Shown in pieces: positions 55,453-64,000 of a DNA stretch of 64,000 nucleotides. Position 1 is the stretch's first letter. Every line of letters starts with the position of its first letter. Below the pieces are notes generated by a model, which made no database searches, had not been told where the DNA came from, and was given only the letters and a program-made list of their open reading frames with translations. This DNA is from Myxococcota bacterium (GTDB lineage Bacteria > Myxococcota_A > UBA9160 > JAFDDA01): the NCBI GenBank assembly GCA_965228475.1, contig OZ245817.1, forward strand, positions 4,064,001 through 4,128,000, read 5' to 3'. A program made the translations under genes and the position numbers.

Positions 55453-56817
55453 TCAAGAAGATTCGGCGGGCGTTTCCTCTTTCTGGGAGGGGGCTTCCAT
55501 GGCCTCGGACGCCTCCGAAGGAGCCTCCGGGAGCGGCAGCGCGTCCGCAGCGCCGGGCGCCGGGGTCGGCTCGGTGCCGAGTTCGGCACCCGGCTCCGGA
55601 AGCTCGGCGCCGGGTTCGGGCAGCGCGCCGCCGGGTTCGGGCAGCGCGCCGCCGGGTTCGGGCAGCGCGCCGCCGGGTTCGGGCAGCGCGGCGCCGGGTT
55701 CGGGCAGCGCGGCGCCGGGCTCGGCGAGCTCGAGATCGTCCTCGACCGCCTCGGATTCGACGTCCGAGGGCGCCAGGGCTTCGGCGGACCGCCGCTCGGC
55801 GCGGCCGGAGAGCCAGTCCACCTTCTGGAGGCGCGCGGCGTGGCGGCGCAGGGCGAGGAGGCTCGTTTCGCCGACGGCCCGCAGGCTCTCCTTCGAGGTG
55901 TGCTCGACGGTGTCCTGCTCCCCGGCGAAGGTGCCGGGCGGCTCTTCGCCGCCGTGGGCCGGGTCGATGATCGCGACGACCCGCGGGAAGCCGCGGTCGA
56001 ACAGGGCGCGGTGGGTCGCCTCGGTCTGGAGGAAGCCGCGGTCCGTCGGGAACGCCTCGCCGTGGCCGAGGTCGCGGGCGGCGGAGAAGAACTCCTCGCG
56101 GGCCGTGCGCTCGGAGATGAGGTCGCGTGCGATCTTGAGGTCCGCATCGCCGACCTGGCGGAAGACGACGGCGAGGCGGACGGCGCTCGTGTCCTGGATG
56201 GAGGCGGCGAGGGCGCGGCTGCCGGCCAGCGGCTTCAGTACCGGGGCCGCGGGCGGCGCGCCGGCGTCGCCGTCGAGGAACCAGAACTCGGTGTGGTAGG
56301 GAAGCGGCCGTTCGACGAGCTGGGCGGCGAGCTCGAGCAGCAGTGCCGCGCCCGAGGCGCCGTCGTTCGCGCCGGCGCTCTCGGCGGCGCTGTCGTAGTG
56401 CGAGAAGAGCAGGATCTCGTCCGGCGAATCGCTCGGCAGCCGCGCAACCAGGTGGCGGAGCACCAGGCTCCCCGGTTCGCCGTCCTTCTCCGCGGGCGGA
56501 ATCTCCAGCTCGAGCTCGATCTCCTCGACCTCGAGGCCCAGCCCCTCGAGACGGGTCCGGATGTACTCCCCGGCCTCGAGCGACGCCGGCGAGCCCGCCG
56601 GGCGCGGTCCGAGTTCCGCCAGCGCTCGAAGGTGGGCGAAGGCGCGGTCCGCAGAGAACGGCTCCGCCTGGACCGTGACCGGCGCGGCCGGGGACCCTCC
56701 GGCAGAGCCAGAAGGAGACGACGTTTGAAACTGCCGCTCCAGGCTGGCGCAACCGGCCAGCAAGAACGCGCAGAAGGTGGTGAGTTCGAGGGCGATTCGC
56801 TTCTTCGGACAGTTCAT
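55453..56817 (-). CDS. M28 peptidase / glutaminyl-cyclase-fold lipoprotein with degenerate active site
   Basis: LAGC lipobox; FSADRAFAHL, GPRPAGS, SHYDS, GANDGASG; later zinc ligands missing. Confidence 0.75.
   Translation of the reverse strand: MNCPKKRIALELTTFCAFLLAGCASLERQFQTSSPSGSAGGSPAAPVTVQAEPFSADRAFAHLRALAELGPRPAGSPASLEAGEYIRTRLEGLGLEVEEIELELEIPPAEKDGEPGSLVLRHLVARLPSDSPDEILLFSHYDSAAESAGANDGASGAALLLELAAQLVERPLPYHTEFWFLDGDAGAPPAAPVLKPLAGSRALAASIQDTSAVRLAVVFRQVGDADLKIARDLISERTAREEFFSAARDLGHGEAFPTDRGFLQTEATHRALFDRGFPRVVAIIDPAHGGEEPPGTFAGEQDTVEHTSKESLRAVGETSLLALRRHAARLQKVDWLSGRAERRSAEALAPSDVESEAVEDDLELAEPGAALPEPGAALPEPGGALPEPGGALPEPGGALPEPGAELPEPGAELGTEPTPAPGAADALPLPEAPSEASEAMEAPSQKEETPAESS
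55576..55722 (-). repeat. 7 x 21-bp coding tandem repeat (EPG[AG][AE]LP)
   Basis: Units such as gggcagcgcgccgccgggttc in direct tandem with no spacers. Confidence 0.95.
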
Positions 56818-56930
56818 CTCGGCGGGGAGGCTCGGGTGGCTGGAGCCCCGCGGGGCCGCCCCAGCCGTGGTTTTCGTCGTGGATCCGGGCGCATCCTGAC
56901 ACTTCCTCCGCGGCGGAGCCACATCTTGAT

Positions 56931-57008
56931 GGAGGCCCCTCCCTGGTGGGGCTTTTCAAAAGTGGAAGGCAGGGCATCGGCCTCGCGGCCGGGCCCTGCC
57001 TTCAACTT
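56931..57008. other. intergenic double hairpin, possible ncRNA or attenuator
   Basis: GAGGCCCC/GGGGCTTT hairpin, then AAGT-GAAGGCAGGGC...GCCCTGCCTTC-ACTT long stem between divergent genes. Confidence 0.4.
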
Positions 57009-57047
57009 CTCCCCCCTCCCCTCGCCCCGCGGTCCCGCGGAGCCGGC

Positions 57048-58562
57048 ATGTCTCGGATCGTTTCCGCCTCTCTCGTCGGGGTCGAAGGCGTGTGCGTCGA
57101 GGTCGAGGTGCGCATCAGCTCCCAGCTGCCGCGCGTCGACATCGTCGGCCTGCCCGAAGCCACGGTGCGCGAAGCCTCGGCCCGGGTGCGCGCGGCGATC
57201 GCCTCGGTCGGCCTGCCCTTCCCCGCCGACCGCGTGACGGTGAACCTCGCGCCGGCCGGTGTGCGCAAGAGCGGCGCCGGGCTCGACCTGCCGATCGCCG
57301 TCGGCATCCTCGCCGCCTCGGGCGCCGTGGCTTCGGAGGAGATCGACGCCACGGCCTTCTTCGGCGAACTCGCACTCGACGGCCGGCTGCGCCCGGTGCG
57401 GGGCGGGCTCGCCCTTGCCCTGGCCGTGCGCGACGCCGGCGCAACCCGCGTGATCCTGCCGCGCGAGAACGCCGGCGAGGCCGCCCTGGCGCCGGACGTC
57501 GAAGTGCTCGCCGCCGAGGACCTCGGCGCGGTGGTGCGTTTCCTCCAGACGGGCCGCGGCCTCGAACCGACTGTCGCGACGATGGCCCCCCGCCCCGAAC
57601 CCGACGCGAATGCCCTCGACCTCGCCGACGTGCGCGGCCAGGAGCAGGGCAAGCGCGCCCTCGAGATCGCCGCCGCGGGCGGACACTCCGTGCTCTTCGT
57701 CGGCTCGCCCGGCTCGGGGAAGACGATGCTCGCGCGCCGCCTCGCGGGGCTCCTCCCGGAGCTCTCCTTCGAAGAATCCCTCGAGGCCACGCGCATCCAC
57801 GGCGTGGCCGGCCGGCTCGACCCGCGCACCCCGATCCTGCGCGAGCGCCCGTTCCGCGCCCCCCACCACACGGCCAGCACCGCCGGGCTCCTCGGCGGCG
57901 GGAACCCCCTGCGCCCGGGCGAAGTCTCCCTCGCCCACCACGGCGTCCTCTTCCTCGACGAGCTCCCGGAGTTCGAACGCCGCGCGCTCGAATCCCTACG
58001 GCAGGTTCTCGAAGAGCACCGCGTCGAACTCGCCCGGGCGAGCGTTCAGGCGAGCTTCCCGGCGAAAGTCCTGCTCGTCGCGGCGTGCAACCCGTGTCCG
58101 TGCGGGTGGCGGCTCTCGGAAAAGCGCGACTGCCGCTGCGACGAGGGTGCCGTCGCGCGCTACATGGCGCGCATCTCCGGCCCGCTGCTCGACCGCATCG
58201 ATCTCCACGTGCAGGTTCCCGCCGTCGCTTGGAAGGATCTCGCGGACCTGGCCCCGGGCGAGACGACGAAACAGGTTCGCGAGCGCGTCCTCGCCGCACG
58301 GGCGCGACAGCACGAACGCCGCGCGCTCACCGGAAGCGGAACCAACGCCGGCATCCCGGACCGCTGCCTGGACGCCGCGGCCCCCGTCGACCCGCGCGCC
58401 CGCTCCCTGCTCTCCCGCGCCGTCGACGGCTGGGGCCTCTCGGCACGCGCCCTGCGCCGCGTGCTGCGGGTGGCCCGAACCCTGTCCGACCTCGACGCGA
58501 GCCCGCAGCTGAGCGAGGCCCACGTTGCCGAGGCGCTCGGCTACCGGAGGATGGAAGCGTGA
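57048..58562 (+). CDS. comM: YifB/ComM family Mg-chelatase-like AAA+ ATPase
   Basis: VGLPEATVREA, TVNLAPA, DLPIA, GSPGSGKTMLA, PFRAPHHTAS, PGEVSLAHHGVLFLDE, NPCPCG, SGPLLDRID. Confidence 0.92.
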   Translation: MSRIVSASLVGVEGVCVEVEVRISSQLPRVDIVGLPEATVREASARVRAAIASVGLPFPADRVTVNLAPAGVRKSGAGLDLPIAVGILAASGAVASEEIDATAFFGELALDGRLRPVRGGLALALAVRDAGATRVILPRENAGEAALAPDVEVLAAEDLGAVVRFLQTGRGLEPTVATMAPRPEPDANALDLADVRGQEQGKRALEIAAAGGHSVLFVGSPGSGKTMLARRLAGLLPELSFEESLEATRIHGVAGRLDPRTPILRERPFRAPHHTASTAGLLGGGNPLRPGEVSLAHHGVLFLDELPEFERRALESLRQVLEEHRVELARASVQASFPAKVLLVAACNPCPCGWRLSEKRDCRCDEGAVARYMARISGPLLDRIDLHVQVPAVAWKDLADLAPGETTKQVRERVLAARARQHERRALTGSGTNAGIPDRCLDAAAPVDPRARSLLSRAVDGWGLSARALRRVLRVARTLSDLDASPQLSEAHVAEALGYRRMEA

Positions 58563-58576
58563 TCCCGGAGCCAGGC

Positions 58577-61500
58577 TCAGTCGATCGCCAGCCAGTGGAT
58601 CCGGCTGAACTCACGCGGATAGCCGCAGCGCTCGCCGGCGAAGGCGACCGTCCCGTCGCTCGAGACGCGCGCTCGGTCGATCTGGCCTGACGAGCAGTAG
58701 TCCGGCTCGAAGCGCTGACGCTCTTCGTAGATCTCCGCGTCGAGGATCAGGAGTTCGTCGCGTGTGACGTACACGAGGCGCATTCCGTCGGGCGAAAAGA
58801 CCGCGTCCTGGCCACCGACATCGACCGCCCAGGTCCCGTGCACGCTCTCGAGATCGTTCGACACCCGGTCGTAGAGGATGCGCGAGGACGGTGCCAGCCA
58901 GACGACGTGCTCTCCGTCGGGCGAGAGCGCAAGCCCGGTTGCCTCGGCACCGTTGCGGAGGCTTTCCAGGAACACGGGCCCAGCCTCGAGGTCGAAAGCG
59001 AAGCGCGACAGGTCGTGGGTCGCGCGCAGCAGCTCGCCGTGCAGAGCGTTGTACTGGAGAGGGCCTCCGGTGGCGATGTAGCCCGCGTCGAACTCCGTCG
59101 CGCCGGCTTCGAGCCAATGGAGCGTCGTCCCGTGCCGGTTCGGTCGGGCCATCAAGAGGCTTCCTTCCGGCCCGAGTTCGAGCCGGCCGGTGTAGGACGG
59201 CGTCGCCCAACGAACGGTCGAACCGTCGGTGAGGTCGAGCGCGAGCACCTCCTGCTCTTCGGGCAGGGTGACCCACAGGCGATGGGCCTCGGCGTCGAGC
59301 AGCAGGTCCTCGGGCGCCGAGGTCAGCGGGAATACGGCGCCGATGCGGTCGCTGAAGACGTTGCGGAGCACGATCTCGTCGGGCATGCGCTCGCCGCTCA
59401 AGACCCAGCCACTGCAAAGGGCCTCGAAGTCCGCGATGTCGCCGAGGTCGAGGGTTCCACTCGGCGCCGTCGGATCCGTCTGGAAGTCGCAGAGCGGCGT
59501 AGCGACCGTCGGGGGCAGGACGCGCGCCACGTCACACGCACCCTCGAGGCCATGCTCCGGGCGCTGGCAGCCGAAGTCCCCGGGAAAGGCGTCGAGGACG
59601 AGTCCGGTGGTGCTGTCCGCCGGGCCGGAGCCGGGGTTCCAGTAGTCGGGGGCCCCGTCTGCGTCGACGTCGATGGAGGCGGCGGGATCTCGCGGGAAGG
59701 CGTCGAGGCCGTCGGGGACGCCATCGGCGTCGGCGTCGTCCGTCGGAACGTGTCGATGGAAGTCGGGTCGACCGTCCCGGTGGGTGACGACCTGGAACCC
59801 CCCCTCGAAGGCGAACACCCGGCGCGGCTCGCCCGGGAAGGCCACGCGCTCGAGCAGCCGGAGACCGAGGTCATAGCGCTCGAGAAGCGTGCCGCCGTCG
59901 CCGTCGTCGAGCAGCACTCCGAATCCATCCTCGAGGAACGCCGCGTCCTCCGGGTCGAAGCCCAGCTCGCCCAGGAAGATGTAGGCCGAAGCCTCGTAGA
60001 GCCGGCCCGATCCGTCCAGCACCACGCTCCCGTCGTCCGGGACCCACACGGGGGGCGCGCCCGGCTCGCCCGCACCGGTGGCCGGGAACTGGGCGAGGAC
60101 CTGGCCGGTTGTCGGGTCGACCTCCTCCCAGCGGTGCGTCGCGCCGACCGCGTGCAGGCGTCCCGTCGCTGGGCTCCACACCGCGGCGGTTCCTCCGACG
60201 AACCGGTCGGGGCCGGAGAGCTCGTTGCCGTCCCGGTCGTAGGTGAGTCGGTTGGGCGTCGTGTTCGAAAGGTTCACCCGGAGCCACGGACCCCACGCAT
60301 CGAGCTCGAACACCCGCCCGAGGCTGACGACCAGGCGCTCTTCCTCGACCGGCTCCAGCGGGTCGATCCAGGAGACGCCACCGCCGTCGCCGCCCACATA
60401 GAGGCGATCGTGGTCCGCCGAGTAGATCAACTGCGTGACGACGTCGTCGGTGACGATCGGGTTCAGGGCGCCGGTTCCGAAGGCGTAGCCGTGAATCCGC
60501 CGCGCGCCGCCGTCGAGAAGATGGATCACGCCGCGGGAGTCCATGACGATCTCGTCGGGGTCGTAGAAGGGAACGCGCCCCTCGACGTCGCACTCGTCGG
60601 GCGCACCGGCGCGCGCGTGCGAGGGCGCGTGGCAGGCCGAGTCGAAGGGGAACGCGTCGCGCGCGAGGCCCGAGTTGTGGAACCCGTAGCCGAGGTGATG
60701 GAAGTCCGGGTAGCCGTCGTCGTCGCTGTCGACGGAGGCGGCGGCACTCAACGGGAATGCGTCCTCGGCGAAGGACACCGAGTCCCCGTCCCCGTCGTCG
60801 CCGAGGGCGTAGTCATGGAACGCGAGCGTTCCGATCCCGGTGACCACGCGGACGCCGCCTTGCCAGAGCCACACGCCCAGCGCACTCCCGTCGAAGTCCG
60901 CGGCGTCGATCCGCCGGAGGTCGGCGTCCCAACGCTCGAGAGCCGTTCCGCGCGGGATGCCGCGGATCGTCACGAGCGATCCGTCCTCGAGCCAGACCGC
61001 ATCGTAGATCCCTTCGATGGGAAGGCGCGCAACGGGATCCAGAGTGTGACCATCGTAGATCTCGCCGGTGCGGACCGAAACGCGCCCGCCGTCCTGCGAA
61101 ACGCGGATCGGATGCCGCACGCGGGAGTTCGCCAGGCCCTGGGCCGGAACGCTGCCGAGCCAGGCCCCCGTCCCGGGATCCAGGTTCTGGGCGCGCAGCC
61201 GGTTCGAAGACCAGCCGTCGGAGAGATGGTAGAAGCGGCCGTTGGCTTCGCTCCACGTGAGGTACTGCGAATCGTGGGAGGCCCTGAAGTTCTCGACCAG
61301 ATTCCCGGCCGCGTCGTAGACGTAGAACTGGTCGTCGACGGTCGAGGAGGCGACGAGGAAGTCGCCGGCCGCGACGAGCCCGGGCACCGTTCCCGGCACG
61401 GCCGCGAACGGAGCCTCACCCGCCAGGCCGTCGGGCGCGACCCGGGTGATGCGCCCATCCTCATACGCCACGTAGAGCGCATCGTGCGAAGCCGAGTAGA

Positions 61501-64000
61501 CCATGTTGAGGGCGCCCTCGCCCAGCCACACCGGGTTGCGAAGCGCCCCGTCGGCGAAGGTCCAGCGCAGGATGCGATGCCGGGTCGTGTCGAGCACGTG
61601 AAGGACGCCGTGCGCGTCGAGACCGGTCGCGCCGATCCGGAAGGAGAAGGGTCCGGGCGCGAGGTCGCATTGGCCGGACTGCCCCGGGAGCGAGTCCTCG
61701 GGGCGTTGGCAGGCGGCGTCCAGCGGGAAGGCATCGAGCTCGAGGCCCGTGGTGCTGTCCGCTACACCGTAGCCGGGGTTCCAGGCGTCCGGGAAGCCGT
61801 CGCCATCCGTGTCGAGCGACGCCGCCACGTCGTCGGGAAAGGCGTCCTCGGCGAAGGGCACTCCATCGCCGTCGGCGTCGTCGTCGGGCACGTAGGTCTC
61901 GATCGCGGGCCGGCCGTCGACGAGCGTCACCACCGCGAGGGCGCCCTCGCTCCGCAGCAGCGCGTGGGGCGCGCCCGGGAAGGAGGCCTCGCCGTAGAGC
62001 ACCCCCTCCGGCCCGTACTGCGAGAGGTGCGTTCCTCCGGCGCCGTCGTCGCCGAGGGCGACCCAGCCGCCGTCGGGGAGCCACAGGTGGTCCACGTGGG
62101 GCCCGGGAATCTGGGTGACGAAGAACGGGCGGTCGCCGTCCACGCGATACAGGAGCCCCGTCCCGAACCGCAGGTGGCGGCCGTCCGGCGAAGGAGCCAG
62201 CGGACCCGTCGTGACGTCCCTCTCGCCCGAGTGCGTCCGGATCGCGGTGATCTCTCCCGAAGCCGCGATCTGCGTCCAGTTCCAGGAGTCGAAAGAGTCT
62301 CCGCTGGCCGCGTAGACACGTCGCAGGATGGGGTCCCAGACGTAGTCACGGACCCGGCCAGTGTTGGTGTCCCGGCCGTCGCCGACGACGACGCCTGCTT
62401 CGGAGAAGGTCCGCAGGCGGTGCCAGGTATCGCCCTCGCTCAGGGGCACGAGCAGCAGCCCGTCGAGCGCGATGGCGGAGTGGGGCTCGTCGAGGGTGGG
62501 CGTGAAGGGAGTCTCGCGAAGCGGCGTCTCGTCGAGCGGGATCACGGTCGCCGGGCGGCGCCGATAGACGATCTGGAGGCGATTTCCGACGGCGTCGTAG
62601 GCCATGCCCCGGGGCGCGGGCCCGGTCGCGATCGGATCGAGCCAGACCTGCTGCGGGAGCGACCAACGGAAGATCCGGCCGGCTTCGGGCGCGAGCAGGT
62701 ACACCACCCCGTCGGCGTCGATGACCGTATCGAGCGGCACGAAGGCGGGCAGACGAGCCGCGACGTCGCAGACGCCGGGCTGCGCGGGCAGGCCGTGCTC
62801 CGGCAGCTGGCAAGCCGTGTCGGAGGGGAAGGCGTCGACGACGAGGGTCGAGCCGGGGTTGGCCGCCGGATCCCAGGCGTCCGGGGCGCCGTCGCCGTCG
62901 CTGTCTTCGAACGCAGCGGCGTCAAGGGGGAAGGCGTCCTCGGCATCGGCGGCGCCGTCGGCGTCGACGTCGCCCGGCTCGACCCAGCGAAAGCTGGGCG
63001 AGCCCTCGACGAGCGTCACGGCGAAGGCCCGGCCCTCCCACTCGAAGACCCGGAACGGCTCGCCCTCGAGTTCGGCGAGCGCGATCGAGCGCCCGGCCTC
63101 GTGGCGCGCGAGCCGGCTGCCGCCCGCGCCATCCGAGGTCAGCGTGAGGAGGTCTCCGCCGAACCATGCCGCATCGACGAAGGGCTCCGGGAGATAGTCG
63201 ACCACCGCCATCGTCTCGGCGTCGTGCACCTCGCCCGAAGCGACGGCCGCGAGCAGCCCGTCGGGGGACACGCGCACGGGACCGGTGAGTTCGTAGCTCG
63301 GGAAGGAGGGGGCTCGCCGAAAGGCGACGTAGCTGCCATCGGCTGCGTACTCATGAGATTCGAGTTCGTCGAAGGCATCGCTGCGCACCCAGAGGAGCCG
63401 GCGCAGCGCCTCGGACCAGCTGAACTCGACCGCCTGGCTGGTGAAGAACTGCCGTTGATCCACCATCGTGCCGTCCGGGGCGAAGAGGCTGTGGCCGTAC
63501 GGACGGTCGCCGCGAAGTACGGCGAACAGGAAGTCGCCCGCCATGGCCATTCCCTGCACGAGTCGGTCATGCTCGGCGAAGGGCTTCTCCCGGCGTCCGT
63601 CCGCCAGGTCGAGGTAGGTGAACGTTCGAGCCTCGTGACTCAGGTAGAGCCGCTCGAGTCCGGGTGCGAGGGTCACGTCGAGGACGCCGGCCGGGAGTGA
63701 AAGCGGCGCGAGCCAGCGCTCCTCCGCGACCCAATAGCGGTGGACCCTCGCGTCTCCGACCGCGAAGAAATGGAGAACGCCTCGGTTGTCGAGGAAGACC
63801 TTCTCCGGGCTGGACGGGCGGTCGGCGGCGGCGAAGGTCGCGCGCAGGTTCGACCAGGGAACGACGTCGGTGCGGCAAACCGGGTCCGGGCCGCAAGCAC
63901 CCTCTACCCCCTCCCAACCGACGAACACGAAACCGGGGTCGGGCACCGCCTCGACTTCGCCGACGGTGTCTTCCCAGCAGTACCACTGCACGACCCTGGC
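58577..64000 (-). CDS. very large repeat protein: tandem beta-propeller-like modules separated by TSP3-like Ca-binding linkers (5' end outside window)
   Basis: Frame open to window edge; InlB-B-like AVPDPGFVFVGWEG; four DxDGDG...DAFP...DxDGDGxPD...DAFPxDxAC linkers about 360 aa apart. Confidence 0.8.
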   Translation of the reverse strand, partial: ARVVQWYCWEDTVGEVEAVPDPGFVFVGWEGVEGACGPDPVCRTDVVPWSNLRATFAAADRPSSPEKVFLDNRGVLHFFAVGDARVHRYWVAEERWLAPLSLPAGVLDVTLAPGLERLYLSHEARTFTYLDLADGRREKPFAEHDRLVQGMAMAGDFLFAVLRGDRPYGHSLFAPDGTMVDQRQFFTSQAVEFSWSEALRRLLWVRSDAFDELESHEYAADGSYVAFRRAPSFPSYELTGPVRVSPDGLLAAVASGEVHDAETMAVVDYLPEPFVDAAWFGGDLLTLTSDGAGGSRLARHEAGRSIALAELEGEPFRVFEWEGRAFAVTLVEGSPSFRWVEPGDVDADGAADAEDAFPLDAAAFEDSDGDGAPDAWDPAANPGSTLVVDAFPSDTACQLPEHGLPAQPGVCDVAARLPAFVPLDTVIDADGVVYLLAPEAGRIFRWSLPQQVWLDPIATGPAPRGMAYDAVGNRLQIVYRRRPATVIPLDETPLRETPFTPTLDEPHSAIALDGLLLVPLSEGDTWHRLRTFSEAGVVVGDGRDTNTGRVRDYVWDPILRRVYAASGDSFDSWNWTQIAASGEITAIRTHSGERDVTTGPLAPSPDGRHLRFGTGLLYRVDGDRPFFVTQIPGPHVDHLWLPDGGWVALGDDGAGGTHLSQYGPEGVLYGEASFPGAPHALLRSEGALAVVTLVDGRPAIETYVPDDDADGDGVPFAEDAFPDDVAASLDTDGDGFPDAWNPGYGVADSTTGLELDAFPLDAACQRPEDSLPGQSGQCDLAPGPFSFRIGATGLDAHGVLHVLDTTRHRILRWTFADGALRNPVWLGEGALNMVYSASHDALYVAYEDGRITRVAPDGLAGEAPFAAVPGTVPGLVAAGDFLVASSTVDDQFYVYDAAGNLVENFRASHDSQYLTWSEANGRFYHLSDGWSSNRLRAQNLDPGTGAWLGSVPAQGLANSRVRHPIRVSQDGGRVSVRTGEIYDGHTLDPVARLPIEGIYDAVWLEDGSLVTIRGIPRGTALERWDADLRRIDAADFDGSALGVWLWQGGVRVVTGIGTLAFHDYALGDDGDGDSVSFAEDAFPLSAAASVDSDDDGYPDFHHLGYGFHNSGLARDAFPFDSACHAPSHARAGAPDECDVEGRVPFYDPDEIVMDSRGVIHLLDGGARRIHGYAFGTGALNPIVTDDVVTQLIYSADHDRLYVGGDGGGVSWIDPLEPVEEERLVVSLGRVFELDAWGPWLRVNLSNTTPNRLTYDRDGNELSGPDRFVGGTAAVWSPATGRLHAVGATHRWEEVDPTTGQVLAQFPATGAGEPGAPPVWVPDDGSVVLDGSGRLYEASAYIFLGELGFDPEDAAFLEDGFGVLLDDGDGGTLLERYDLGLRLLERVAFPGEPRRVFAFEGGFQVVTHRDGRPDFHRHVPTDDADADGVPDGLDAFPRDPAASIDVDADGAPDYWNPGSGPADSTTGLVLDAFPGDFGCQRPEHGLEGACDVARVLPPTVATPLCDFQTDPTAPSGTLDLGDIADFEALCSGWVLSGERMPDEIVLRNVFSDRIGAVFPLTSAPEDLLLDAEAHRLWVTLPEEQEVLALDLTDGSTVRWATPSYTGRLELGPEGSLLMARPNRHGTTLHWLEAGATEFDAGYIATGGPLQYNALHGELLRATHDLSRFAFDLEAGPVFLESLRNGAEATGLALSPDGEHVVWLAPSSRILYDRVSNDLESVHGTWAVDVGGQDAVFSPDGMRLVYVTRDELLILDAEIYEERQRFEPDYCSSGQIDRARVSSDGTVAFAGERCGYPREFSRIHWLAID

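Noticed and set aside
55576..55722. CRISPR-like array
   Set aside because: Contiguous 21-bp in-frame coding repeats without spacers; no cas genes
58838..63700. 1620-aa plus-strand ORF (similarly 35970..39632, 20942..23914, 47270..50443)
   Set aside because: Antisense mirrors of motif-bearing minus-strand genes

Overview
High-GC bacterial window, probably Myxococcota-like (inferred from Cys-rich repeats and C-terminal sorting signals). About 40 CDS; no rRNA, tRNA, CRISPR array or transposase seen. The left half is metabolic and housekeeping: lepB, GH5-like lipoprotein, phasin-like protein, glutaryl-CoA dehydrogenase, murQ, mutS2, ECF/anti-sigma/PspC, a GH36-HAD fusion, GH20, badI, PP2C, a beta-propeller di-heme protein, acyl-CoA ligase, MFS, folC, NRDE and patatin. 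The most striking element is a self-contained candidate cAMP regulon at 32.5-51.5 kb on the minus strand. It has a double class III cyclase/STAND-ATPase/TPR protein, two tandem ~1860-aa paralogous surface proteins, a CFA-like methyltransferase, a membrane protein and two Crp regulators. Three TGTGA-N6-TCACA boxes sit at exact class II (-41.5) geometry in front of both giant genes and the second crp. Other notable signals are a sigma54 promoter followed by a structured C-rich hairpin (candidate sRNA), many apparently leaderless genes, an atypical CX6CH heme motif and a degenerate M28 peptidase with a 21-bp VNTR. All calls were made by eye; several start codons were refined relative to the ORF track.
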